Shown: piece after piece, positions 30,088 through 39,728 of the stretch | Position numbering within the stretch: position 1 is the stretch's first letter | Layout of the letters: each line of letters opens with the position of its first letter | IMG/VR virus record: IMGVR_UViG_648861014_000005 | DNA length: 64,000 nucleotides | Direction: 5' to 3' (one strand) | DNA from: an uncultured virus (IMG/VR IMGVR_UViG_648861014_000005) | Lineage: Duplodnaviria; Heunggongvirae; Uroviricota; Caudoviricetes | Position numbers and translations under genes: made by a program | The notes under the pieces: model-generated | The model's input: the letters and a program-made list of their open reading frames with translations, nothing else | What the model was told of the DNA's origin: nothing | Databases searched by the model: none

Positions 30088-32184
30088 CTAACGGTTCAGT
30101 TCCGCCAATGCTGAGAGCCCGTCATAAAGCGAGCTGGTTGCTCGCTCGGGTTTTTCAGATGTAACTTTTAGCTCTTTGCGTACAGGGGCCGCACTGACGA
30201 CGCCGGTCGGCGTGTCACCAAACAAATCCGCTGGCTGGCGCGCCAAATCATTTAAGAACGCTGCCTGCTTTGCCCACCGCTCTTCAGGCCAATCCCAAAG
30301 GGACGCAAAATGTGTCAAAGCCCAGTTATAGACACGGCAATCAAACCAGTGGTTTGCTCCCCGCGCTCTCCACACTCGTTTCGGGCCATGCCGGCCTTTT
30401 TCGATTGCGACATATTCAGAAACGAGCTGCTTGAAATAGTCATCCTCGGTATTGGCTGGAAAATGGCAATAGCCGTTTGGAAAATCAGAACTTCCTTCTT
30501 TTGGGCCTCGGCTGAACAGCGTCATCAAGGTTGCCTTGATGCCATAGTTGCCAACAAGCCAAACCTTTGCTCCAAACGCCCGTGCTTTACCCGCCGATAG
30601 CCCGGTTTTCCGCACCTCAGGGTTTTCCGCACTGGCAATCGGCAGCTTCGTCCAGCCTTCAACACCGCGCACGTTGATTGCGTTGTGCCGACGACGTGTC
30701 CACTTATAGACCGCCTCAGAATGATATCCGCTGTCGACCCCGATCAGATCGTCCATAACACGTGTGCCAACAGCATGCACACACCCCTTATCGACAATCA
30801 TGTCCAACCCGGACCAGGCACCTTCCATAGGAACGGACGTTTCACCAGGCAAAAACCCATAATCAATCGTCCAACTTTCCTTGTTTGGGCCCCAACCTAC
30901 TCGCTCCCAATAAAGCCCGGTCGCCTGTACATCAACCGCCAGCGTAATATAGAGAACACCCGCAGGAGCAAAACCACGTTGCCAGTCACTCTCTCGCCGC
31001 GCAGAAAGCGCTTCCCAAGGAGGTGCATCTGTTTTGGCTTCATAGGCGTGACCAAGCGAAGTGTTGACAAACGGCTTTAACAATTCGGGATCATCACCCG
31101 CCTCGACTTCCTGCCGGGCAAGATCATCCCAGACCTCAAACACCGACATGAACCCGGTAATGTGGTAACCGGCGCGGTAGACATTCAACGGACGCTCGCG
31201 CCATGCCTGCGCCGCCTCAACCGAAATGCAACCCAGCGGCACTTCCCCGTGTTCGTCAGGCATTGTCGGTACCCAGCAAGCCCCGTTTTCGGCTGAAACC
31301 ATGAAACGCTTGTCAGTTTCATAATGCCGTTCACCGCACGACCCACAGACCACGTGACATTTGAATGGAGCCTCGCGATTGTGCTGGACGTCCTTCCAGT
31401 CCCAGTCATTCAACATGCCACATGACTTGCAAGCCATGTAGTAACGTCGGCGATCGCTGTTCTCATACTTCCGGTCGATGTTCTCACCCTTCAGATGCGG
31501 CGTCGAAACATCGAGGGATTTGGAGAGCCCGAGAACCTTGTAGGTCTTCATCCGTTGCTCGGACAATTTGTCCGGGTCCCCTTCCCCGTCCGCATTGTCT
31601 GTCCAGGCCGACGTATCATCACGAATGATGTAACGAACTGAGTGCTGGCGAAGGGATGCAGCGGAGTTCGCGCCGCCGAACAACAAAAACCCGCCCCGGA
31701 AACGAAGTCGCTTCGAAGTCGAACCCTTGGTTTTCGCCTTCACCGGACGCACAACGCCACCTTTTTCCGGGTTAAGAACGTCGGTCGCCTCAATTGTCTC
31801 ATTCAGCTTTTCTTCTTTCCAATCGAGAGCAGCCTGAATCGTTGCCTGAATGTACATGATAGGTGCTTGTGCCATGTGCATGATGAAACCGATCCAGTTT
31901 TCCGCAACAGCAGACCCACCGGACTGTGCGGCCTTCTTCAAAACAACCTCAGGGATTGGATCGTCAGGCGACAGGCGGTCCATAGGCTCGATAAGGTATG
32001 GCGCTGTGCTGTTACGCCACTTGCCCGGCATCGCTGCGCCTTCCGGAAAACGGCGATGCTCTTCTGCCCACTCAGAAATCAACATGCGTTTGTCGGGACG
32101 CAAGCCAGCAGCTGTCGAGCGATCGAGATCAGAAAGATTCTCAGAAAGCTGCGCCTGACTTTGTTCGCTAAGACCCTGCATCAT
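30088..32184 (-). CDS. Terminase large subunit, gpA family
   Basis: ISEWAEEHR, KKAAQSGGS, VSTP, SDRRRY, LAVDVQ, NHWFDCRVY; start probably MMQGLS. Confidence 0.95.
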   Translation of the reverse strand: MMQGLSEQSQAQLSENLSDLDRSTAAGLRPDKRMLISEWAEEHRRFPEGAAMPGKWRNSTAPYLIEPMDRLSPDDPIPEVVLKKAAQSGGSAVAENWIGFIMHMAQAPIMYIQATIQAALDWKEEKLNETIEATDVLNPEKGGVVRPVKAKTKGSTSKRLRFRGGFLLFGGANSAASLRQHSVRYIIRDDTSAWTDNADGEGDPDKLSEQRMKTYKVLGLSKSLDVSTPHLKGENIDRKYENSDRRRYYMACKSCGMLNDWDWKDVQHNREAPFKCHVVCGSCGERHYETDKRFMVSAENGACWVPTMPDEHGEVPLGCISVEAAQAWRERPLNVYRAGYHITGFMSVFEVWDDLARQEVEAGDDPELLKPFVNTSLGHAYEAKTDAPPWEALSARRESDWQRGFAPAGVLYITLAVDVQATGLYWERVGWGPNKESWTIDYGFLPGETSVPMEGAWSGLDMIVDKGCVHAVGTRVMDDLIGVDSGYHSEAVYKWTRRRHNAINVRGVEGWTKLPIASAENPEVRKTGLSAGKARAFGAKVWLVGNYGIKATLMTLFSRGPKEGSSDFPNGYCHFPANTEDDYFKQLVSEYVAIEKGRHGPKRVWRARGANHWFDCRVYNWALTHFASLWDWPEERWAKQAAFLNDLARQPADLFGDTPTGVVSAAPVRKELKVTSEKPERATSSLYDGLSALAELNR

Positions 32185-32773
32185 CCGTATCGGCCTGATC
32201 GAATTCCTCTGCAAGCCCATCCAGTATTTTACGGATTTCGTCAGACAACATGGTGCGGATGGTCCGCGCATCTGGAGCGCTTGCCAAGGCGTCGGCACAC
32301 ACTGTCGGCAAACCCGTCAATCGATCGCGAACCTTCCGGAAGTTCTCGAACATACGAGCATCCGCGTCTTCCTTGCGAACAATATTGCCGATCAACTCTT
32401 CATATTCGAGCCGGGCCCGTTCAGCCTCAACAACAGCACGCTTGGCCTTCGCCTCATTGTACGAAGCCTGCGAAGAATTCTTGACAATACCCTGCTCTTC
32501 TCTTGCCGACTTGGTTTCAAGAGCCAGACCCGAAACATTGACCTCAGGGTTACGCAGCCCCTGTGCCGGGTCAGTAGCATTACCCACTAACTGCAAAAAT
32601 TTCGCAGCATGAACGCGGCGTTCGCGCCCGACCTGGCGTACCTCCAAAACCCCATCGGCTTCAAAGGCCTTTACACGCTTTGAAATCGCCTGCTTCGAAA
32701 CGCCAAGCATGCGCGCGACATCCGCAAGCGATTGCCAAGTTTCCGTTTCAAGACCTGCTGTTTCGTCTGTCAA
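32168..32773 (-). CDS. Terminase small subunit
   Basis: N-terminal winged HTH (SLADVARMLGVSKQAISK) and coiled coil; overlaps the TerL start. Confidence 0.85.
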   Translation of the reverse strand: MTDETAGLETETWQSLADVARMLGVSKQAISKRVKAFEADGVLEVRQVGRERRVHAAKFLQLVGNATDPAQGLRNPEVNVSGLALETKSAREEQGIVKNSSQASYNEAKAKRAVVEAERARLEYEELIGNIVRKEDADARMFENFRKVRDRLTGLPTVCADALASAPDARTIRTMLSDEIRKILDGLAEEFDQADTDDAGS

Positions 32774-32901
32774 CTTTAGTCAACCCGTCACGCCCCAAAC
32801 CGTCAACCAAGTCAACTTGGTCAACCCTGCGAAAATTCGATCCATCTTCCCAAGACACGCGCTCAGTCCCCCCGCATTGCCTCAGGCCCCAGCAAGGACC
32901 C
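32769..32901 (-). promoter_or_regulatory. Putative cos site (cosQ, cosN, cosB-like repeats)
   Basis: GGGTCCT at 32895-32901 (same as lambda cosQ), cosN-like GCG-GGGGGACTGAG-CGCG, five GTTGAC repeats. Confidence 0.65.
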
Positions 32902-33101
32902 AAACCCCAAAAAGGCCCGCATGAAGCGATCCAGTTGCGATATGTCTTGAAATTTCCCATAAGAACCCATAGCGCCAACTCCACCTAACCGGTGTTTTAT
33001 CGTTGGCTGGGTTCCCCGCTTCGGTCACTTATTAGCGTCTGGCCTTGCGCCAGCATCAAGTCCGAAGGATCCAGTGAGTCGTCCTGCAAACCTAGATACG
33101 C

Positions 33102-33722
33102 TTAAACGACCAGATCGTCAACTGTGGTCTTGATGCGGGTTTTACGACCAAAAAGCGAAAACTCGCCATAAACCGTCTCTGCATCCGGTTTATAGGCCGT
33201 AACGGTCATTTTAAACTTGGCAAATACCCCTTTTGGTAAAAGCAGAGACTGACCAACCTTGATGAACGTTCCATCGGCAATTCGCTCACCAGTATCCAAC
33301 TGCTTGATCAAGGCTACCATTTCGTGAGCAGCAATGAGATAGGGACTTCCAGCGCTATCCAGAGACAGCACACCTTCCACACCATCGCATTCGCGAACAG
33401 TGGACCAATCCTGACCAGCCTGACGATCAATTCCAGCGAACAAATAGCGGGTAAACATCGGCTTGTTTACGACAATCGTCTTCTTTGAACGTGGCTGAAC
33501 CCGCTCGATCCGCTCTTCCGGCAAATGAGCCACCACGCCCTGATTGATCAAACCTGCAAAAGCGCGTCGTTCACATTGCGGATTGGCATAGACCACACCC
33601 CATTCCAGAGGATAGCCACGCACCAGAGCCTTCAAAAGCTCCACCTGCGGGTTCAGCTTCTTCTTCTGCTTTTCGCCAAGTTTGCTCATGTTCGCCGCTT
33701 TCCATATTGCTTTGTCGATCAA
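33102..33722 (-). CDS. NusG-family transcription antiterminator (late regulator)
   Basis: NGN domain (W.VVY..PQCE, PMFTRYLF) and KOW-like domain (VGQ...KGVFAKF, LFGRKT). Confidence 0.85.
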   Translation of the reverse strand: MIDKAIWKAANMSKLGEKQKKKLNPQVELLKALVRGYPLEWGVVYANPQCERRAFAGLINQGVVAHLPEERIERVQPRSKKTIVVNKPMFTRYLFAGIDRQAGQDWSTVRECDGVEGVLSLDSAGSPYLIAAHEMVALIKQLDTGERIADGTFIKVGQSLLLPKGVFAKFKMTVTAYKPDAETVYGEFSLFGRKTRIKTTVDDLVV

Positions 33723-33733
33723 ATGCCCAGCCC

Positions 33734-34312
33734 TCAGGCTGACATTGCCGCCTGCACCTTGCCCATGATTGCCTGTCGTTTGCCCTCAATACCGCTGACC
33801 AAAAGAGCTATCATGCGACTGGGCGCTTTCTCAGCCTTCGCCGCTTCCAACTTCTGGTCGACGCGACGAGCAGCATCAATCAGCTCACCCCTTTCAACGG
33901 AATCAGGAAGGCAGTGATGCTCCTGCACAAACTCGATCAGCCCGACATACCAGCCCTCGGTAAGTGCTCCTTCCAGAAGTTCGCCCCCATCAGCCCGAAT
34001 TTTTGAAATCGCCCACTCAACCGACATTCTCGGCGCAACTCCGCCGCGCTCTACCTCTCGCGGCCTATCCGCCGCAAGCCGCCGTGCGCACGCTGTCTCG
34101 CAAGCCTTGATCGCCGAGGCAATGGCAGGCCATGTCTGCGTGTCTGCCGTTTCGAGAAACCAGTCTGCCGCAGCCTTCAGGTCCGCATCGTCAAACCGGG
34201 AGAGCTTGCCCCGCAGAAGCTTAAAATATTCATCCATGGAGGCACCGGGAGCCCTTTTGAAGATCGCCTGCAAAGGGGTGATAAAGTGTTTGAAAACATC
34301 GCATTGGCTCAT
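33734..34312 (-). CDS. Replication-region protein (helicase-loader/P-like position)
   Basis: Coupled to the initiator gene; TWPAIASAIKAC motif. Confidence 0.55.
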   Translation of the reverse strand: MSQCDVFKHFITPLQAIFKRAPGASMDEYFKLLRGKLSRFDDADLKAAADWFLETADTQTWPAIASAIKACETACARRLAADRPREVERGGVAPRMSVEWAISKIRADGGELLEGALTEGWYVGLIEFVQEHHCLPDSVERGELIDAARRVDQKLEAAKAEKAPSRMIALLVSGIEGKRQAIMGKVQAAMSA

Positions 34313-35280
34313 GTCACCTGACCTCCAAATACCCGTTGTAGAGCTGCATTGCATTCGTCCGCTGCTTCGTCGCGGTACCCGCTTCCAGCGCGGTTGCCAG
34401 AGGGAGTGAAAGCTTGTTTGCCTTGAGAAACATCGCCGCCATTCTGCGACATTCGCGCAGCATCCAGCCGCGCCTGTCGATTGCGCGAAATCGCCTTGGT
34501 GAAGTAACTCAGCGAACCGGGCGGCTCGTTTCGACGTGATGAGACATCGGCTATCGTCGGCAGAACATCGAGATCAAAATCAAACCCGGCAGCATCCCAC
34601 TGGGCGAGGATTGCGAAATCACCACGCCAACCCGGATCATCGAAGGCAATTCCCATCGCCCGGCAAACCCGCCTTCCCCGCTCAACAATCGGAGCGACAG
34701 GCGTCTGCGGTTCTGCCTTCGCCTCATCCCGTGAAACAGGCGTCCGTGAACCACCCTCTTGCTGGTCGTCTGGTGCGGGCGCACGCGCGACCACCCCACC
34801 TATTCGTTTATCTTGGGTCGTTAACATTGGTGCGCATCCCTGGGTGCGCAGGGCCTGCGGCATGGGTGCCGCAGGGGGGGCGGCATCGGTGCCGCAGGGG
34901 TGCGCATTTATGCGCAGGGGTGTTTCACGGGAGTGAGGCTTATTTTCGGGCTCTGAAACAGCCTCTTTTGGACCCACATATTCGTCGTCTTCGCGGTCGA
35001 ATATCACACGATAATCATGCGCCGCCGACGCCCCTGATGAGCGCTCATTTGGCCGATGCTGGACGTAACCAGCGTCATAGAGCCGCTCCAGCGAACGCTG
35101 AATGGTCCGCCTGTCGCAACCCATCTCTGCAGCCATTTTCACCTGAGACCGACAGCACCAGCCAAGATTGTCAGTGTGCCGACCAAGCAGACACAACACC
35201 TTTAGGTCTCGCCCCTGCAGTCGATTGTCCGTCGCAGCCATGGCCGGAATGATGGAAAACCTCTGGCGAACCACACTCAT
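34309..35280 (-). CDS. Replication initiator with N-terminal HTH
   Basis: WCCRSQVKMAAEMGCDRRTIQRSLERL HTH; internal iterons; SLSYFTKAI C-terminal motif. Confidence 0.8.
   Translation of the reverse strand: MSVVRQRFSIIPAMAATDNRLQGRDLKVLCLLGRHTDNLGWCCRSQVKMAAEMGCDRRTIQRSLERLYDAGYVQHRPNERSSGASAAHDYRVIFDREDDEYVGPKEAVSEPENKPHSRETPLRINAHPCGTDAAPPAAPMPQALRTQGCAPMLTTQDKRIGGVVARAPAPDDQQEGGSRTPVSRDEAKAEPQTPVAPIVERGRRVCRAMGIAFDDPGWRGDFAILAQWDAAGFDFDLDVLPTIADVSSRRNEPPGSLSYFTKAISRNRQARLDAARMSQNGGDVSQGKQAFTPSGNRAGSGYRDEAADECNAALQRVFGGQVT
34831..34920. repeat. Four palindromic iterons, putative phage origin
   Basis: TGCGCATCCCTGGGTGCGCAGGG, TGCGGCATGGGTGCCGCAGGG, GGCGGCATCGGTGCCGCAGGG, TGCGCATTTATGCGCAGGG. 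Confidence 0.7.
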
Positions 35281-35549
35281 GCCTCCACCTCGCTCATGGC
35301 GCACAGCCGGATCGTTGTGTACTCGTGAATCCCGCCCTGCAGGCTGATGAAGCCAAGCCCCATCAGCCGCATGAAACACACATGCACAACCAGCACTGCC
35401 AAACCGAGATCAGACGCCAAAGCAGTCAGAGACACGCAAAGCGGCCTGTCAGGAACGTGTTTTTGCGCCAGATAAAGCAGCACAGCCCGAAGCGCTGGAT
35501 CATGATCAAGTGGCTGGGATATCGCCCAGTCCATCGCAGGTGCGCTCAT
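35277..35549 (-). CDS. Small winged-helix phage protein
   Basis: AMDWAISQ...LRAVLLYLA resembles initiator N-termini; coupled overlaps. Confidence 0.55.
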   Translation of the reverse strand: MSAPAMDWAISQPLDHDPALRAVLLYLAQKHVPDRPLCVSLTALASDLGLAVLVVHVCFMRLMGLGFISLQGGIHEYTTIRLCAMSEVEA

Positions 35550-35758
35550 CGGCTACCTCCCGCGCCAGACTGGCGTGTAGGCATGGTGAATCGGATATTG
35601 GAGCGGATCGCAAGAACCGTGACGCCGTTGGTGCGCTCTCGGTCGATCTCGGCAGGGACAATCTCTAAGTTCACCGTGATCCCGCGCCGGGCCCAATAGG
35701 CGCGAATATGCGCCGCGCAGTCCTCGTTCAGCTGCCGCTCGGCTTTACTGTTCGTCAT
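35546..35758 (-). CDS. Phage hypothetical protein
   Basis: MTNSKAE...IRAYWARRG...AIRSN; 4-bp overlaps with both neighbours. Confidence 0.55.
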   Translation of the reverse strand: MTNSKAERQLNEDCAAHIRAYWARRGITVNLEIVPAEIDRERTNGVTVLAIRSNIRFTMPTRQSGAGGSR

Positions 35759-36420
35759 GCGGCAAACCCCTCTTCCAAAACCTGCCCGCCCCACAGGGCT
35801 GCCATCGCGTCGGCAATGCCGGGAAAGAACCGTGATCGCTCCTTCGCCCGGTTCGGTCCGGGCGGCATGCGAAACACCCGCTCCCACTGCTTGTATTCTG
35901 CGGTCCCCTTGTCAGGAGGCGTGAGCCTGTTGGTCGGTTCCAGCTTCTTCAGGTTCTTCAGATAAAGCCCGGTTGCCTTGAAAAACGGATCGCCAAACCA
36001 CCATGGCTGAACGATTTGCGCTGGCAGCTCATAGCCACGGATCAGCGCCTTTGCGTGCTTGTGCATGATCGGGTTTTCAATAGCGATCCGTTCAATCGGC
36101 GCGTTCCAGAAGTCCGAAAACAGCGCCGCACCAACTTCCAGTTCAGCCCGCATGTCTTCAAGTGTCTTGCCCTTCGGAGGGCTGGTAAGCCACCTGACCC
36201 CGGAATTGCACAGCCGTGTGCAGGGCGGATGGGCGACCATCAAGAGGTCCCAGCCATCATTCAGCAAATCGCGGGCATCACCCACAATATGGCGATTACT
36301 ACCATCCTCGGATGGCAACAGGTCACACGACCAGGCATCGTGACCGTATTTGAGAAACGCGTTGCGAACCGTGCCGGAAAATTCGCAGGCAACGAGAACG
36401 CGGAGAGGAGCCTGTTTCAT
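35755..36420 (-). CDS. C5-cytosine DNA methyltransferase-like protein (short phage type)
   Basis: LVACEFSG, AHPPCT (catalytic PC), IENP motifs. Confidence 0.8.
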   Translation of the reverse strand: MKQAPLRVLVACEFSGTVRNAFLKYGHDAWSCDLLPSEDGSNRHIVGDARDLLNDGWDLLMVAHPPCTRLCNSGVRWLTSPPKGKTLEDMRAELEVGAALFSDFWNAPIERIAIENPIMHKHAKALIRGYELPAQIVQPWWFGDPFFKATGLYLKNLKKLEPTNRLTPPDKGTAEYKQWERVFRMPPGPNRAKERSRFFPGIADAMAALWGGQVLEEGFAA

Positions 36421-37196
36421 GCCGCCACCTCGCTCAGTACGGTGTCGACATTGGCCTTGATGACCTCAAATGAGACGGCGATTACCCAAGGGTTGGCGTC
36501 CCAAGCGTAGATACCGGCGTTGCGGTCACCATTGAGGCTGTCCCATAGACACTCGAAAGCGGTTTTCGCATTCCCAAAGGTATTTTTGACCATTAGGTGG
36601 CGTAGTGGATCGGAGATATCACCCCAAGGGTATTTGGCCTGACTTTCCACCCATGCACAAACGCCCTCTGCCTTTGCGTCTTTTTCGCTGATGTCCTGCA
36701 ACCGCTGCACCCTGACATCGGTCACTTTCAGGGTGATACGGGATGCCCAACGTGGCATGTGCATTCCGGGGCGGTAACGCCCAAAAATAGGTGTGATTTC
36801 TCTTACCCGGCATTTGCACCGTTCACCATTCGCTGAGAGTGAACGCCAAGTGCCGTCCGCAAGATACAGAACCCCGGCACCCGAGACATCGTTCACTGGC
36901 AGTTCGCTTGGTTTCACCTTGTCCAGGCAGGCAAATGTTTTCCAAGCTTCGCGGACGTAGAGGAGGTCGCCAACCTGATAAGGCAAAACTTCCAGCAACG
37001 CGTCATGTCGCAGATCGTTCCATAGCAATCGTTTGTCGCGGAACTGCCAGTCATATCCGCGCGTGTCCGAGGGGCCGAACTCGGTAATAGGACCGAACCT
37101 CAATAGCCTGTTCATCACCCTGCGCGTTTGGGTCTTTCTGTCCTCCAAAAGTCCGATAACCATGGAGCCAGTGAAAAGGGCATCGCGAACTCTCAT
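36417..37196 (-). CDS. ASCH/PUA-like phage protein
   Basis: KTQTRR, GDLLYVRE, HMPRWASRI, RLQDISE.DA.AEG, WDANPWV motifs. Confidence 0.75.
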   Translation of the reverse strand: MRVRDALFTGSMVIGLLEDRKTQTRRVMNRLLRFGPITEFGPSDTRGYDWQFRDKRLLWNDLRHDALLEVLPYQVGDLLYVREAWKTFACLDKVKPSELPVNDVSGAGVLYLADGTWRSLSANGERCKCRVREITPIFGRYRPGMHMPRWASRITLKVTDVRVQRLQDISEKDAKAEGVCAWVESQAKYPWGDISDPLRHLMVKNTFGNAKTAFECLWDSLNGDRNAGIYAWDANPWVIAVSFEVIKANVDTVLSEVAA

Positions 37197-38344
37197 GACG
37201 CACCCCCCAGATCGGGCATGCCGTCATGCAGAACACCATCGAGTAGACGTCCGGACGCCTTTTTGCCCCTGCGATCAACCCGAACAACCCGCTCGCCATG
37301 GAAGCCATGGCCACCTTCAAGGTTCAGCCAGCGCCCCTTTGGGGTTCGCCTCTTGATTTCGCTGCAATGTCCCCAATCCGGATCTTCAACGTCCCGGTCG
37401 AAAACCGTGGACCAACCGCCCCACTGCTTGAAGAAAAACGCGACAGCCGCTGCCTCGCACTGGTCACGAATGGACCGCACCCAATCAGGGTGCATAGGCC
37501 GAGCCTTGCGCCCGCTCTCTCCGCCGACAATGACCCAGGAAACAAACCCGCATAAATCAACGTTCGTGCGGCCATTCGCAGTTGCTCGCACGTTCGTCGC
37601 CCACGGGACAGTCCCCCCCGGCATCCATATCTTGCCGCTCATTGCGTCCTGATAGCTCGGGACACCATCCACAGGCACACCATATGGGACTGCCGTCAGA
37701 TCGACCGGGCCCAACAAAGGCTCCGCACTCAGGAACCGGACCGCCGCAGGCGTCTTGAGGAGATACGGAATCCGCGTATCCGCCGTCGCCTGATCTTCAA
37801 TCGACACACCAAGCCAGACGTTGGGCAGCGGCCAAGTTTTGTTGATCAAACTCGGTTCTTCTGAATTTCCAAAACCTTCAAGAACCTTTCCTGCCCTTTT
37901 CGGGTCGATATGACGTGCCGCTTCAGCAACATCACAATCACGGTTCTCAGCCAGCAGGTAATCCCGCATCCGTTCAGGGCGTTTCGTCAAAACCTGATAG
38001 GTGTGGTGCGGCGTCAACGCCATGACAGCAAAAACCTTGTCGATCACCTCATCGGGTACCCCCTCATGAAAGAGGTCCGAGTGAGCGCAGACAAAAATCC
38101 GCCTTGGTTTCCTCCAGCCCATAGGCTGGTATAGCCAGTCCCGGTTGACCCGGATTTCCCCCGTAAACTTGGCAACGCCATCTGCATTCTTGCGCGCAAG
38201 ACCTTCGCGGGACGGATGGTTTTTCAGTCTTGTCGCCGCCAGTTCCGCCGCATAGCAATTTCGGCACCCTTCCGAGACAAGAGTGCAACCCGTAACAGGA
38301 TTCCAGGTCGCATCGGTCCATTCGATTTGAGAGGTTTCAGCCAT
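37193..38344 (-). CDS. DUF5131 (phage Gp37/Gp68) protein
   Basis: IEWTDATWNPVTGC...GC.NCYA, SDLFHE, LTKRP, SAEPLLG, WVIVGGESG. Confidence 0.92.
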   Translation of the reverse strand: MAETSQIEWTDATWNPVTGCTLVSEGCRNCYAAELAATRLKNHPSREGLARKNADGVAKFTGEIRVNRDWLYQPMGWRKPRRIFVCAHSDLFHEGVPDEVIDKVFAVMALTPHHTYQVLTKRPERMRDYLLAENRDCDVAEAARHIDPKRAGKVLEGFGNSEEPSLINKTWPLPNVWLGVSIEDQATADTRIPYLLKTPAAVRFLSAEPLLGPVDLTAVPYGVPVDGVPSYQDAMSGKIWMPGGTVPWATNVRATANGRTNVDLCGFVSWVIVGGESGRKARPMHPDWVRSIRDQCEAAAVAFFFKQWGGWSTVFDRDVEDPDWGHCSEIKRRTPKGRWLNLEGGHGFHGERVVRVDRRGKKASGRLLDGVLHDGMPDLGGAS

Positions 38345-38604
38345 CAGTCGCCCCCCGGCCCGGCCATGCCGAGCGCAGCCATGTAGAGGTCGTAGACCGC
38401 CGCCTGTTCCTCACGCTCATGCGGTTGCTTGCGCAGATCGCGGATCACCATTTTCAGAATTTTTGTGTCAAAGCCCTCGCCCTTGGCTTCCTTGTAAATG
38501 TCGGCCTTGTCGTCATTGATCACCCTGATCTCTTCTTCCAGCCGTTGGACGCGCTCTACAAATGCGCGCAATTGATCACCGGCAACTCCACCTGGGTCGC
38601 TCAT
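38344..38604 (-). CDS. DUF2312 / GapR-like nucleoid-associated protein
   Basis: [15 protein letters not shown]...[13 protein letters not shown]...LYMAALGM. Confidence 0.88.
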   Translation of the reverse strand: MSDPGGVAGDQLRAFVERVQRLEEEIRVINDDKADIYKEAKGEGFDTKILKMVIRDLRKQPHEREEQAAVYDLYMAALGMAGPGGD

Positions 38605-38606
38605 GG

Positions 38607-39728
38607 TCAGGCTCCTATGGCTTGGTTGGAAAACAGCGGACCGGCGTTAAGGTCCGTTTTGGCATTTCTGCGCGCACGCTCATCGGGCCCCATAAAGCAC
38701 TGCTCTATGCGCTCCCCTGCGATCCGTGCGTATTCCGGATTAATCTCGATCAGTTGCGCCTGGCATCCATGCGCCAGCGCAGCGATTGCCGTGGTGCCGG
38801 CCCCTCCAAAAGGATCGAGAACAACTCCACCCTTCGGACAGCCTGCTTTGACACAACGTTGCGCCAATGCGAGAGGGAAGGTAGCGAAATGCGCGCCGGG
38901 GAATGGAGAGGTGGCTATTTTCCAGACATCTGGCTGTGCTGCCTCAGGTTCCCAATTGCGAAGATTGCGACCCGGATAGTCTGCGTTATGCCTAGCCTCA
39001 AATTCGGAAAGCGAGTGAGGGCGAGAATTTGGCGGGCTGGCACTGCTGTTGGTGTCTTTGCTCCGGCTACCACGATTGTGTTTGATTGTATCGTGCGCAC
39101 CCGGCCCAGATGCCCAACCTGCCACAGTGTGTTTCGAGACCTTGTGCTGCCCTTGGCGCACGGCATTGGCGTCGTAGAAATACTTCGCGGATTTTGACAG
39201 CAGGAAAATCTTTTCGTGCGCAGTGGCGGGCCTATCTCGGATACTTTCGGGCATCGGGTTCGGTTTGGCCCAAATGATCTCGGAGCGCACCCACCAACCA
39301 GCTTCCTGCAGCGCTATCGCCAGTCGGTTCGGGATCATGCAGAGGTCTTTTGGCTTTAATACACCCTGAACAGTAGAAAACGGCTTATCCCGGAATGTCC
39401 GGTTGTCGTTGCCTTCCGCTTTTGTGTCAGCGGCACTGCGCCCGTTCGGACTGGATGCGTAGCAATCGCCGTAGTTCAGCCAGAGAGTTCCCGTTGGTTT
39501 CAGGACGCGCCGAACTTCTTCGAAAACCGCAACCATGAGCGCAATATGTTCGGCGAGCGTCGGCTCCAACCCGATCTGGCCTTCAACGCCGTAGTCCCGC
39601 AAACCCCAATAGGGCGGCGAGGTAACAACACAGTCGACACTCTCACCGGGAAGCGTTGCCAGCATTTCCAGCACATCTCCCACATGCAGAGCGACCTTGC
39701 CGTCAACAAACTGCAAAACATCACTCAT
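38607..39728 (-). CDS. N4/N6 DNA methyltransferase (beta class)
   Basis: VTSPPY precedes HFATFP and [11 protein letters not shown]. Confidence 0.92.
   Translation of the reverse strand: MSDVLQFVDGKVALHVGDVLEMLATLPGESVDCVVTSPPYWGLRDYGVEGQIGLEPTLAEHIALMVAVFEEVRRVLKPTGTLWLNYGDCYASSPNGRSAADTKAEGNDNRTFRDKPFSTVQGVLKPKDLCMIPNRLAIALQEAGWWVRSEIIWAKPNPMPESIRDRPATAHEKIFLLSKSAKYFYDANAVRQGQHKVSKHTVAGWASGPGAHDTIKHNRGSRSKDTNSSASPPNSRPHSLSEFEARHNADYPGRNLRNWEPEAAQPDVWKIATSPFPGAHFATFPLALAQRCVKAGCPKGGVVLDPFGGAGTTAIAALAHGCQAQLIEINPEYARIAGERIEQCFMGPDERARRNAKTDLNAGPLFSNQAIGA

Noticed and set aside
33030..33075. Hammerhead ribozyme (CTTGATG plus hairpin on the minus strand)
   Set aside because: Core is not CUGANGA and the GAAA after stem II is absent
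32769..34920. Short repeat clusters as CRISPR arrays
   Set aside because: Repeats are 6-23 bp with no unique spacers and no cas genes; better explained as cos and ori sites
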